Source: Lytechinus pictus (lineage: Eukaryota). Taken from it: 60,000 bases of DNA. The stretch lies in contig NC_087252.1 in the NCBI RefSeq assembly GCF_037042905.1, forward strand, positions 4,900,001 to 4,960,000. The letters run 5' to 3'. A program made the position numbers and the translations under genes. Below the pieces are notes generated by a model. The model was not told the origin of the DNA, ran no database searches, and was given only the letters and a program-made list of their open reading frames with translations. Each line of letters opens with the position of its first letter. Within the stretch, counting starts at the first letter, position 1. Shown piece after piece: positions 26,401 through 37,715 of the stretch.

Positions 26401-29400
26401 AAGGATTAAAAGAATCACATACGTGGAAAACAATTATATGTCACGTCTTGACCCAACTTGACAGAAACTTCAGGCCAGGAATGGCGAATTCTTTTCCTCG
26501 CTCTCACTGCAGTCCCATCTATGCAAAAATGTGTAAGTGAAAGAGATGAATAAACAAAAAAACGTCACACAGAAGATATAAATTATGTGAAGATGAGTTA
26601 GATTTGGAACCCCAACAAAAGTCCTAGCCATTAGTTTGCGCAGCATCTTCCCACAGGAATCAGCCTTGATGACTCTCCAATCAAAGCTTTGGGAGATGGG
26701 AGAACAGGGGGCTGTTTCACAAAGAGTTAAGTATGACTTTTTAATAGAGTCACACTTAAATTTCCAGCTGCTTGCGGTATAAAAGACATTACCGCACTGG
26801 TCAAATCATACCAACAGGACCCACACTACTGCGTATTAATCAGTGAGAATGCGCATTTGTACACGCCAGCACTAAAGCATGACTATACAAGTAAATCACA
26901 CTTTTTTTAAACACCCCCCTCCCCCCGTAACCATGTATGCAGGGAAGCCGATGGGCAAGACTTTTGGTAGGATGCTATTATGAGTGTTATAATGTATACT
27001 ATAGTACTGTACTTTAAAGGTACACGTCACACGTTTTGATCATGTATTAATGTTGATACAACTCTTTACCATTTTGAGTCATTGCACTATTTCAGTGTCC
27101 TCATATCAACAAAAAGGCATGATCAAATATCACACATAATGATGATAAAGGTACCAATCTACATGTACTGTTACTAGAATCACCAAATAAAATATTATAC
27201 ATGAGTTGACACGCAAACATTACTACTGTGTATTTACAGAATATGAAAAAGAGTTCTCATGAAAAATAAAAGTATCAGTACTAAAATAATAGAGAAGGGA
27301 TAATGAGTCTTAAAATCATAAAATATTCTTTAATACCACATAAAGAAATAAAAATAAATGAACTGTACATATCACCAATAAACAAAAATAGGCCTTACCT
27401 GATAACATACTTATCATAGTCACAACTCAAACATTCTTTTTCTTATTATCAGTATAGATACTGTACATGCATAAGCCACTTTCAAATAAAAAAATCTTTC
27501 TTTTTTATTTTTTATTAGTAAACTACATTTTAAAAGGGAAATCCTATACTGGAGTATAGATACATGTAGCTTTCATAACAAGGGCAGGAATATAAACATT
27601 AAGAAACTTTTGCTCTATTTAATCAATCAAAGAATTGCATTGCCTGACATCAAATGTGAGCGGCTCCTGTTCATGCAGCGTATAATTGTGAATTTTCTGA
27701 GAAAATAGGCATAATATTTCTGGAAGCTCACATTTAACAAATAAATAAAATGTTCAAAGTCATCCAATGTGATGCTTGGATGGATTTTCATCAATCATTC
27801 AATTATGGTCGTTTCATTTTTCAGCTTTTATAAATGAATAAAAAAGAGGGAACTTGACTTCATGAAGGTTTCATAATTCAAATATTTTCTGAACGATCTT
27901 CCTCTTTCACCATCAGGAAATATTTTGTTTTTCCTACTAATATGTTTTGTTAATATGCAAGTTCAGGAGGTACATGTATCATAATTCATCTATGGTGTAT
28001 CTTGTGAGCAATATTCCCACCATTGAAAAAATGACCCCCCCCCCCAAAAAAAAAAGGAACAAAGACATACAGTGAGTTACACAAGATTTTATATTCTTTC
28101 CACTGTATTTTTAGAGACAATAGCACAAAAGAGGGTAATGTTACTTTTCTTTCCTTTCCTAGAACTTGAATATCGCTTTAAAGTTCTTGTCTGGTTTGAT
28201 TTTGCATAGAATTCTTAAATTACTAGCAACACCTTGATGAAACTGATCATCTATGGTGTCCTTACAGATGAAAAAGACAAACAAACCTGCTGGGCTTGCA
28301 CATGAATTATCCTCTGCACTGCTCGCTTGACTTGATTGCTCGACTGAATTGAAAACAAAAATTAACAAAGAAAATGGATTTAAACCAAAGCCAGGGCACA
28401 TGAATCTGATGTAATGATGATGATGATGGTGATGATGATAATGATGATGATAATGATGATGCCCATAATAATCATGATGGTGGTGAAAGTTATGGAAATT
28501 ATGACAAAATTGATGAGTATGATAGTAATCATGATAAATAATTGATATGATGATGATGAAAATAATGATGGTAATGATGATGATGATGATAATGATGCTA
28601 ATGATGATAGTGATGATGATGACGATAATGATTATAATGATAATGATGAATGATGATAGTGATGATGACAGTAGTGATAATGATGATGATGCTAATGATA
28701 GTGATGATGATGATGATGATGATAATGATTATAATGATAATAATGATGAATGATGATAGTGATGATGACAATAGTGATGGTGATGATGATAACAGTGTTG
28801 ATGATAATGATCGGGGATGATAACAGAGATGATGATGATGATACTTGCATCACATTCCCCCTACAATAAAGCAGCATTCCAATATCAAACATGAAATGCA
28901 TGTATTTGTATTAAAATGTAAATGCACAATATCACAGTAGGTCATTCATGACACAAAATGCAAACAGAACAAGTCGAACAATATACAAGCATGGACTTGG
29001 GAAATGCCATTCCAAATGAATGCACAAGATTCAACTGTGCTATAGTATATTACAATTTCTAAAAATATCAACAAGTTTATTAAAATCTAGAGTTACAAGT
29101 AGGTCTTCAAGTACACAATCATGAAAATTCATGCTGATATCATATGACACAAATGAAAAATATACATGCAGCTCTTCATGAAGTTCTACTTGGAATAAAC
29201 ATGTAGGCCTACAGTAATGGCGATATTGTCTCTTTTTTCACAAGGGGAATTTACACGGAGTATTAAAAGGGAACACATTTTTTTTTCAGGTAAGAGAATA
29301 TAATGGACATTGATATTAGTAAAGCAAGGGGAATAACAATTGGCTATAATAAATGTAATATATTATAAGTACTGATAAATGAAATGGAAGCAGGTCAACA

Positions 29401-32400
29401 ATAGACATTTTTTTAAAATACTCAGTCCTATAAGTACATGTACATGTAACTTTGTATTTTGTAACTCAATAACATTTCCATATTAAACCTACCTATTATA
29501 GGCTGCATAATCAAAGAAGTGAAAGAACTGTTATAGAAATAAATGAATCCCATTTCAGGGCACTGTAACTTATTATGGCAGACACAACTGGGAGGTTCCA
29601 CAGAAGAACATAAAAACCAGGAAAAAGGCTTTTGTTGGTAGGTCATATCTGGGGCCTCGTTTCATAAAGGAATATTACAACTGTAGTAATTTGACCATTG
29701 TGGCAACTGGCAACTTCCATGGTAACAAGGTTCAACAGCCAATCACAATAAAGTTTTCCATGGAAATTGTCATAATGGTTACTGTAGTATTTGCAACTCT
29801 TTATGAACAGGTCCCAGGTCATGTGTCTATGCATTTGAAGCTGTCATGTTAATAGAAATAACCATAAAACTGCAACTGAAGTATTGGGTGGCATACATTT
29901 TGACTGCTGTGAGAAGATTTTGGCCAGCACAAATTTTTACCTTAGGCTTTACTGGGAATATGGTATACCGTACTATAAAGAATAGTTTGTAACACGTTGG
30001 CCTATATGTATGTATACATGAGATCACCACACACCATCTGGCATAAAATGCATTACTTCAACACCAAAGTGGAGCTATAATCTATTCTGAATATAAATTG
30101 TTCACTGTATCACACTGTCACACAAATCAATGAATGGGACCCTGGCGACAATGAGCACACTGGATGATTCATGTACCGTAGCCCACACTGTAGTATGCAC
30201 TGACTACATGTACATGTCATACATGTACTATACAGGCCTTAACTTTTGATATTTTTATAGGGCAAGGTACTTTTCTACTCATGCATTCACAATTTCACAT
30301 GAACTTTACAGGCAGCAGAAAGAATACCATGAAAGGCAAAAAAGGGCAAATAAGGGTAACCTCCCCCCCCAAAAAAAAAAAGAAACATCCAAGGGGATGT
30401 ACTTGGTGGATGAATTCATTCCCTGGCATTTCGTTTCATTCTCATGATCTATAAAAAAATGCTTTACTATTGTATGTATATTTGCATACACATACTGTAG
30501 TCTACACATGTACTTGTCATTATTAAAGCCTGTAAATATGCCATGTTTCTTTTATAAAGAATACTCTGAGAGGACAAGACATATACATGTATATTTAAAG
30601 ATTGATGAAAGCATTCCAGTACTACTCTTCCTGGCCTAATAGAGTTCAAACATAAACTTTCTGCATCTTTAACAGGGAAATTAGGCCCCCCCGGGGGGGG
30701 GGGGCATTCAGTATATAATGCATAGTGGGTATGTGCCGCGGAGGGGACCCCCATTTTTACACTCAGATATCCGTTCCAGGGCATAGCATTTTCATCTTAT
30801 TAAGAAAAAGAACTAAGAAAGCCGTTCCGGTCGCATTGATCCGCCACAATGAGCTGCAATTTGGTGAAAAGCGGCCGCTGAGCGCTGTCCAACCATCGTC
30901 TCTGCGCGAGCGCACCCCGCGCCCGGGCCTCTGGACTAGCTGCATACACGTATGCCCGTTCCATAGTGATGCACACGCAAGTGACCCGTTCCAAGGACCC
31001 CCGTTTTCACAAGCATTTGTAGTTCCGAAGCCCGTTCCGAGGACCCTCCTTTGTACAATAAGTCCGCTCCAAGGCCCCCGGTTTTTGTCTCGCCCGCGGC
31101 ACACACCTACCAATTTTTTGGTCGAGTGCCCCCCCCCCCCCCGGGATTAGGCCTAAATGTTGGTACACTGCACCATTTATTCTAAAATGTGAACTATACA
31201 GTGACAAACTGATTATACACATTTACCATAGTGACATAGACACCGTTCTGTGACTACCTTCCTATAACTAGTATACATGTAGTGGAAACTAGGGATAGTG
31301 GAAATTAGTTTTAGCGTGTAGTGAGAACGGTTGAAGCGATCTTCCAAACCGGTTCAGAAAACCACCTCGTGATGTAGTTTTCAAGATCTCTTTGCCTCAT
31401 TAAATTGGTTTTAGCGTGAGGAGTCTGAGGACACAACCATTCTTCGGGAAGCGATCTTGCACATTTTGAGCGCACTTCTCCACAAAGCGCTCTTCCATAC
31501 TAGTTTCCTGACTCGTAATAAGAACGGTGTCTAATGCAGGGAAATGTGGCCTTTAGACAGGCAGCCATATAAATGATCTTCTGCACATGATTTACCTTCA
31601 TGGAAATCAGTTTTAATGGTCAATTTTAGGTAGGAGGCTGCTACATGTACAGTCTCTTTTACAAAAGAGATGACCACCGGCACAGGTCTGACCTGTACAT
31701 GTATGTGATGTCCAATGGGAACAGATGGACCACTTTCACTTTTTTTCTTTAAAATCAAATGACCTTCCCAACATTTGTTTACAGACAGTCTTAGCTCAGT
31801 TAGCTGGTATTTTATACCTTTCCCCCTCCCATTCAAGGAAAAGTGGGGCTAAGCAATAGCCAATCACAGAAGTCGAAATTGCACGTTAATCACGCTCTGT
31901 ATGGTAAAATCATCAATATTCATTAGCTGTGGGATCGTCCGGGGTTAAGACGTTAACCCCGGCTATAAAGCAGATAGTATGGGGTTAAGAAAGACAGAGT
32001 GAATACAAAAAAAGAAAGTATGGGGTTAACGATAGTCCTAGGTTAAGGATAGTATGGGGTTAAGGAAATGCAATGTGAAAAGCATATTAGTGTACAGAGT
32101 TTCCCCAAACAAATTAACTCCAGATTAGTCTGCTGGCACAGACCCTGATTGAAACTTTGATCAACAAGTGTGTCTCCATGCAAAGACTAGCACATACAAA
32201 ACTTGCTGTTTCAAATGAGGAGCGAGAGGGCCGTCAGTACACAAGGCATGAGTAGGCTGCAATTCAGACCCTTTACTCGAGTGAAGGGTTTGCACAGCAG
32301 ACTATGTCCAGATCTAGAATATATTCACACCTGCCCCATGACGAAAAGTTCTAATAGAATATTCTCCAATCAGAAAGTAACATATAGTCCAATTATCCCT

Positions 32401-35049
32401 CCAACAAGATGGTCAGCTGACAAAAAAATGGAGAATGATCAAGTACAAATTTACAGGGAAGATCACCCTGAAATAAGGGAATTTAATACAACCATACAAA
32501 TTGAAGAAAATAAAGGTTAAGGATTGATGAAAATCTGTCAGAATAACAGAGCTATGATTTTTTTTAAGTTCTGAATTTATGATTTCAGAAACGAGAAATT
32601 TCTCCATGTCATGTGATATAATCTTTTTAAAATACATTTCATTTCTAATAAGAAAATGGAAAGTGATTTTATTTGTGAAGTGGATTCAGACACATCATGT
32701 CATACAAACTTCTAATAAAAAATATTTGCATTCATCATATTGCATAAAAAAAAAAATCATTGAATTTACATTACTGGGAGGTGTGTGTATTTGAGTTTTG
32801 TCAGACGTGTATCAATCAGATATGATTATTTACGTCTGGGACCGACCTTTAACGTCACCATCCGAAAGACGTGACCCGGGGCTCGAACCTCGAACCTCTG
32901 CATCAATTTGTAACTTCCCCACAGCTTGGATTACAGGCGCACGCCACAACGCCCAGTTCTGTATGGTATGTGAGGCTTCTCACATACCATACATGTACAT
33001 GTATGACGTCACAAACTAAACAGTTTAAACATTCATAACTCTTGCTGGATGTCAATCAAGCCACCAATATCGTTTGTTTTGATTTTATTATTAAAAACCA
33101 ACTCATCTGTCAGGGAGAACTGCACCTTTAATGAGGATCAGCGTTTCCATCACATGCATGCACAAAATATGGCACATGCATAAGGTGCCATTTACAGTCA
33201 TATTTTTTAGATGTATTTCAAGGTTCTTTCTACATGTATGAGCTCAGCATCCATACTGGTCCATTCTTGTCACAAAAACAATGTAAGCAGCTTCATCTTG
33301 GGTCAAAACACTGTACAATGTAAGTGCTACTCTAAGTTGTGCTTCAAAGTTTGTGAACCCCACCACAAAATGCACTCCTTCATGGTGAGTGTAAAACGTG
33401 ATTGGCAACCCCAGAGAAACAAACTTTAATAAAGGAAACATTTTATCACCTGACTTCCAATTAAATACCTGAAACAAAACAGAACTTGAAAACGTTCATT
33501 TTCTGATGGGGTTCACTAATCAATGAGCACCGTCCAGTAGGTAATATGCACATGCTTAACAATATTATTATACAGTGCGTCCCAGAAAAAACGAAACCGA
33601 GATTTAGCGATAATTTATCATAACTTAATCACAAATACAATAGACAAATGACCTACCATTGTAAAGCTTAGAATCTCCTCTTCCATCTGAAATTACTTAG
33701 ATTATTTCTCATTCACACATGAGTGAGCAAAAACAATTTGAAGAGGGGATGTTTATTTAATGAAATTATGGAAATACAAGCATTGTTTCGAGGGAACGTA
33801 ACTTTTTTACGTCTTGACCATTTTTTGTGATTAAGGTATCGAATTAAAGAGCAGATATTGAACTTTTTAGGCATGTGATTTTTCTTTTTAAAATTCAGAT
33901 ACCCCCCGCCAAATGAGTTTTTGGTATCCTTTCTTCAAATTGTTTTTGCTCACTCATGCTTGAATGAGGAATAATCTAAGTAATATCAGATGAAAGAGGA
34001 GATTCTAAGCTTTACATTGGTAGGTCATTTGTCTATTGTATTTGTAATTAAGTTATGATAAATCATCGCTAAATCTCGGTTTCGTTTTTTCTGGGACGCA
34101 CTGTAGGTACATTAACAATATAAATAACATGATTCATTAGGCAAGGTTGCAGCACAGACAAGCTTAGTATCAGGGATCACAATGGAGCAGCGTTGTTTTT
34201 TTGGGGGGGGGGGTTTACAACCAAACTTACCATCATTTGTGTCTACCTGTTCAGCATGCTTCTCACAAATGTCTGATATGAATAAAAAGTGTCGAGTATG
34301 ACTGATTAGGGTCCCGTAACACAAAGGTTAGCATCGATCGTACGCTTGATTTTCACGATTGGTTGTACATTGTAGTAAATGGAATCAATCATAGAAAAAT
34401 GTTCTACGATCATTGCTAATTTTTGTGTTACGGGGCCCAGATCGTCATACTGTATAAAACCGGATTTATAATTTGTCTTTCACAAAATAGGGAGTAAGAC
34501 TGTACATCTTACCATTGAAAACCATCTGTAGTTTGCAGTTTGTGATAGATGCAGGTTAAAAATAATTGTGAAGATAGCTCCCAATGCAAATATTACATTA
34601 AACCTGTACAGTGTAAAATTAGCAATTCATATATTTAAAAAGTTTACGTGAAAGCAAGTGAAACACTGAAAATAATACTTGGTTGAGCCCAATAGATGTG
34701 CACAGCTACATGCAGGTATTTCCAGAATTCCAGTGCTTTTCAAAAAGTCAGCAGATTATCACCATCCCATCCCCAATTGAGAGCCACTAAACAAAATCTA
34801 AACAACCAGAATACTTGGCTGAGGATCGCCAGTCCAAGCAACAATAATGTCAAAAAAATGCAATTGAAATAGCAGTCCATTCGTTGGATTAAACTTGTTA
34901 CTGCAAGAATTTGGAAGCAAAGCATTTGTGAATCTGAATTTATAAGTCTTACCTAGAAGATCCCCCCAGTCGGTGAGGTCGAGAAGGCTTTCACAGATAA
35001 CAGGACGGACATCAGGGCTAGCACCTTCTGATGCCGAGGATGATTCCAT
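10904..35049 (-). CDS. Multi-exon gene, ~1055 aa: double ING-type PHD finger + C2H2 zinc-finger nuclear protein (11 coding exons)
   Basis: Exons 34953-35049, 28287-28343, 26423-26518, 25598-25681, 22945-24081, 22263-22385, 18211-18261, 15826-16023, 14358-14630, 12986-13537 and 10904-11403 all have GT/AG sites. They join in frame (3168 nt) from an ATG preceded by an in-frame TGA to a TGA stop. Additional small exons could have been missed. Confidence 0.8.
11500..11656. mobile_element. Near-perfect palindromic MITE with central CCAAT (relatives about 1405-1545, 1722-1882, 5400-5525, 8593-8715, 17452-17605, 29652-29815)
   Basis: CTG|GGGCCCGTTTCATAAAGGACTTGCAAC..GTTGCAAGTCCTTTATGAAACGGGCTC|CAG, spacer AGCCAATCAGAATCAAG. 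Confidence 0.85.
12986..13537 (-). CDS. Coding exon: acidic/basic low-complexity region with NLS-like motifs
   Basis: 552 nt, tgttttcag|AA..AGCG|gtaagt. D/E/S-rich with RKRKHR and PKRRR motifs; phase 1-1. Confidence 0.88.
13905..14396. repeat. Degenerate ~132-bp tandem repeat (~3.7 copies) overlapping the PHD2 exon donor
   Basis: GATCTCT anchors at 13927, 14060, 14191 and 14324; each unit has an AAGATACAGA.CCACTCTG-like segment. Confidence 0.8.
14358..14630 (-). CDS. Coding exon: basic coiled segment + PHD finger 2
   Basis: 273 nt, cccacag|..AAG|gtgagt. [45 protein letters not shown] is a C4HC3 finger. Confidence 0.92.
15826..16023 (-). CDS. Coding exon: PHD finger 1 (ING-like)
   Basis: 198 nt, tatcacag|..AAG|gtaaga. 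Encodes [45 protein letters not shown]. Confidence 0.92.
18211..18261 (-). CDS. Small coding exon ([17 protein letters not shown])
   Basis: 51 nt, ttcacag|..CAG|gtgggt; phase 1-1 and open; locally GC-richer than its flanks. Confidence 0.65.
19218..20175. mobile_element. Helentron-associated (HINE-like) non-autonomous element with internal ~162-bp tandem repeats
   Basis: AACAAG end; subterminal IRs GTCTCACCTGCAT (19240) / ATGCAGGTGAGAC (20158); adjacent short IR and (GCC)n; repeats containing TGACCTTTGACCTTG. Confidence 0.75.
22263..22385 (-). CDS. Coding exon ([41 protein letters not shown])
   Basis: 123 nt, ctctcctgtag|..CTG|gtaatt; phase 1-1. Confidence 0.75.
22945..24081 (-). CDS. Large coding exon, P/S/T/K/E-rich and probably disordered
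   Basis: 1137 nt within the 405-aa ORF; ctcttttag|AA..AAG|gtaaga; phase 1-1. Confidence 0.9.
24178..24528 (-). mobile_element. Full-length tRNA-derived SINE with central domain and CR1/L2-type tail
   Basis: A box TGGTGTAGTGG, B box GTTCGAATCC, core CACTCTCGATCCAGGTGCTAAATGGGTACC, tail TAAGCGCATATATTAAAGCAGATTATTAT. Confidence 0.85.
24644..25053. mobile_element. Palindromic non-autonomous DNA element (related partial copy at about 31270-31530)
   Basis: AACTAGTTTACTGGAAC / TTGGAAGATTGCTT / AAGATCGCTTCCAA motifs; reverse-complement match to the 31.3-31.5 kb region. Confidence 0.55.
25598..25681 (-). CDS. Coding exon ([28 protein letters not shown])
   Basis: 84 nt, cttctccag|..CAG|gtaatc; phase 1-1. 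Confidence 0.75.
26423..26518 (-). CDS. Coding exon ([32 protein letters not shown])
   Basis: 96 nt, tttttgcatag|..CAC|gtatgt; phase 1-1 and open. Confidence 0.75.
28287..28343 (-). CDS. Small coding exon ([19 protein letters not shown])
   Basis: 57 nt, ttttcaattcag|..CAG|gtttgt; phase 1-1. Confidence 0.7.
28411..28841. repeat. (GAT/AAT)n microsatellite tract
   Basis: Long imperfect trinucleotide array. Confidence 0.95.
30688..31145. mobile_element. Non-autonomous DNA element with CCCGGG(G)n termini and 8-bp TSD
   Basis: ATTAGGCC at 30680-30687 and 31146-31153; ends CCCGGGGGGG..GCA / TGCCCCCC..CCGGG; GC-rich interior. Confidence 0.8.
32781..32957 (-). mobile_element. Short SINE-like element with 7SL/Alu-like 5' end
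   Basis: Minus strand ACTGGGCGTTGTGGCGTGCGCCTGTAATCCAAGCT.., then GGTTCGAGCCC, CGGATGGTGACGTTAAAGGTCGGTCCC and an (AC)n tail. Confidence 0.7.
33573..34103. mobile_element. Tc1/mariner-type MITE
   Basis: TA|CAGTGCGTCCCAGAAAAAACGAAACCGAG..CTCGGTTTCGTTTTTTCTGGGACGCACTG|TA; long (>150 bp) TIRs. Confidence 0.92.
34953..35049 (-). CDS. First coding exon ([32 protein letters not shown]); the exon itself begins at 35078
   Basis: Acceptor ttccattccag|35078, in-frame TGA upstream of the ATG at 35049, donor TAG|gtaaga (phase 1). Confidence 0.75.
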
Positions 35050-35446
35050 TACAATCAAACTCAATCATCCCCTTTTACCTGGAATGGAAGACAAATTCAC
35101 AATTTGGTCAAGAAACAGGTGTTTAACCTGAACATATACATGTAGGCCTATTGCATAGCAAAAACAAAACAAGTCCAGTTTAATGCTTTTGCCAATCAAA
35201 TATTTATTCAAAGCTTCAAGTTTTTGACAATCCTTCCTTCCTCCTGAAAGAGACTATTAAAAGGGTTGTCAAAAATTTGGGGAATTTAATAAAAATTTGA
35301 TTGGCGAAAGAATTGACTGGATTTGTTTTATTTTGTCAATTTAAAGCCAATACGTGAAGATGTGTGGCCTATTAGATACATCCAGATACATGTACATGTG
35401 TACAGTTGATATTATGGCACTAATGATAAAGATGACACTAACTTAA

Positions 35447-35800
35447 TAGTGATGACAAGGTGATGATGAATGAAGATGAGGATAGGATTGAGGCTGCTGA
35501 TTTATGGTTGGATACAATGATGATGAATAAGATGATTATGATGACGATGATGGATATGATGATGGTTGTGGTAGTAGTGGTGGTGACGATGATGAAAGTG
35601 GTGGTGACGATGATGAAAGTGGTGGTGAGGATGATGAAAGTGGTGGTGACGATGATGAAAGCAGTGGGAAACTGGGGATGATTAATATTATAATCATGAT
35701 GATGATGGATATAATGGTACATGTAGTGGTGCTGGTAGTGATGATGGCGATGATGATGATGATGATCATAGATATTATGGTAGTGGTGATGATTATGATG
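35447..35800. repeat. (GAT/GGT)n tract with 21-bp sub-repeat
   Basis: GTGGTGGTGACGATGATGAAA x4 within a trinucleotide array. Confidence 0.9.
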
Positions 35801-37487
35801 ATTGAAAGAAAAAATGTCCTTGTATCGCATTGCACTTTGCTCCACGTTTCTTAAAGACTGCTGCACATTTTTACATAGGACTGTCATGAACTTAGCGAGC
35901 TCATCTCTGTATGAAGTCATATTCTCTGATGTTATATGTATAATTATTTGATGTCTAATTTTTAAATTTACAATTCTAACCACATTTCTTGCTTTCCTTA
36001 ATATGCATAGAGACCTGTAGGTGTTATGAGTATTAGAACTGTACTATTATTATGACTGAAAATTAAATTTGGTATTAAAGCAAAATCATTCCCTGGTGAT
36101 GAAATGATGATAATGATGATGATGTAAGTGAAAAGAAAGAGAAGTGTTAGCTCTTCATTTAGAATATATGAAAAAAAAGATGAACATGATACAATACACC
36201 CTCACCCTGTCCAAACATTTCAGACAAATAAGTTACAGCCTACAGTACACAAATACTGGAGATTTAAATAATTGTTGTGAAAATAAAGCAGCATTTGCAG
36301 CAAGCCATCAAGAGGGCCAGACAAAAAAAAGATCACAAATCATAAAAAAGACTGAAAATATATGTCTAAGGAAACAGGTGGATTTACTGATTAATGAATA
36401 AACAAGGTATATCAAAATCAAGAAAGTAGACCCTTCAAGGAAATAGGTTAATATTGATGTATAAATGAATTTTGAAAATATAGATAGGATGGGCGATTCA
36501 AAGCAAAAGCGGACATTTTCCAAAAATCTATATTGGCTCTGTTTCAAATCTGGATCATATTTTTTTATTAAAACTCATTTGGAAGTTTAATACAAAGGGT
36601 AATCATAATTAGCCTCAATGTTTTTTTTCTTACGCATCTCCTTATAGGAGAATCTGAACTATACAAAATATTACATACATGGGACTACATATATACCGGT
36701 ATATTTTTTTTTACTTATTAAAATTCAATTTTGTTTTGTAAAGTTGTTGGTTGGATATTCTGAAGGTCATCATTTTACATCATATTAAAAAAAGATCTTC
36801 AAATTAAAGTTGCGGGAAGGGTTAAAACATTTGTGGTGCCGGACAAAGTGTAATGCGACTGACCGGAGTTTTTGTATCCACAAAAGAAACTTGAAGTTGC
36901 TTCCCCGATTTCAAATGTCTTATTTGAGACTTCTATATAGATGTAAGTAATTTTTTGCAGGTATTGAAATTGGTAAAAGTTTTTTTATTTGAAAGAACTA
37001 TTAAAAAGTAATCAGTCATCTTTTTCCCATGTCCTTTTTGTGTAATGATATAAATATAGGTTATATACCGGTATATCTAGGCTAATCTAGGACTCTTAAA
37101 AGGAATGTATAATAAAAAAAACATATGAAGATATCAAACAGACAAATCAAAGGAAAAAAAACATCTGGAACTAACCTTTTTAGTATGAAATATGAACACA
37201 AAGAAAGTCTACTGTAGTAGAATAAAATCATTCGGAGAGAATACAATTTTTTTCCTTGATATAGAAATTGGAGTACCAATCACATGAAACTTTATCAAGA
37301 TCAAGATAAGGTTAATATAATAATAAAGAGATAAATTTTGAATTTGAATTGCTACTTTGGAGTAGATCTAGATTCTAAAGACTAAAGCTAAAGTCAAAAT
37401 CAATGGTTAAGTCCAAAACATTAATTATTTTCAATACTTTGTAACAAATTAGGGACGGTTAGTAACCCCCACAGGTGCAGGTCTTAC

Positions 37488-37715
37488 CTAGCCAGGAGGC
37501 TCCTAGAGAGTAAAAATCATTTACTAACGTATGCTTACTATCCACAGAGCCAGGGATTCCATCCCATTCATCTGCGTGTACCGCCAAAAAACCTGAAACT
37601 TTCGCCCCCTAGATTTCTACTTTTCTTCTAAAAGATCTAGCCCTACATGTAAATCATGTAAACATGCGTCCGTAACGTTGGCGAAGAACAATGAGAAACA
37701 AGATGGCGGCGTAAA
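37488..37715 (-). promoter_or_regulatory. Candidate promoter / non-coding first exon with YY1 site
   Basis: Perfect YY1 motif CAAGATGGCGGC at 37699-37710, CpG-enriched patch, minus-strand donor TAG|gtaaga at 37488. Confidence 0.5.

Noticed and set aside
28547..28901. Met/Asp/His-rich ORFs
   Set aside because: Translation of the (GAT)n tract.
30725..31150. 141-aa and 116-aa ORFs
   Set aside because: They lie wholly inside a GC-rich non-autonomous element and have no domain or splice support.
32900..32957. Genuine 7SL gene or human Alu contamination
   Set aside because: Similarity stops after ~35-40 nt with no S domain or Alu body, and it continues into a motif shared with a local SINE.
35438..35983. 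181-aa His/Thr-rich ORF and overlapping ORFs
   Set aside because: Artefacts of the (GAT/GGT)n microsatellite.
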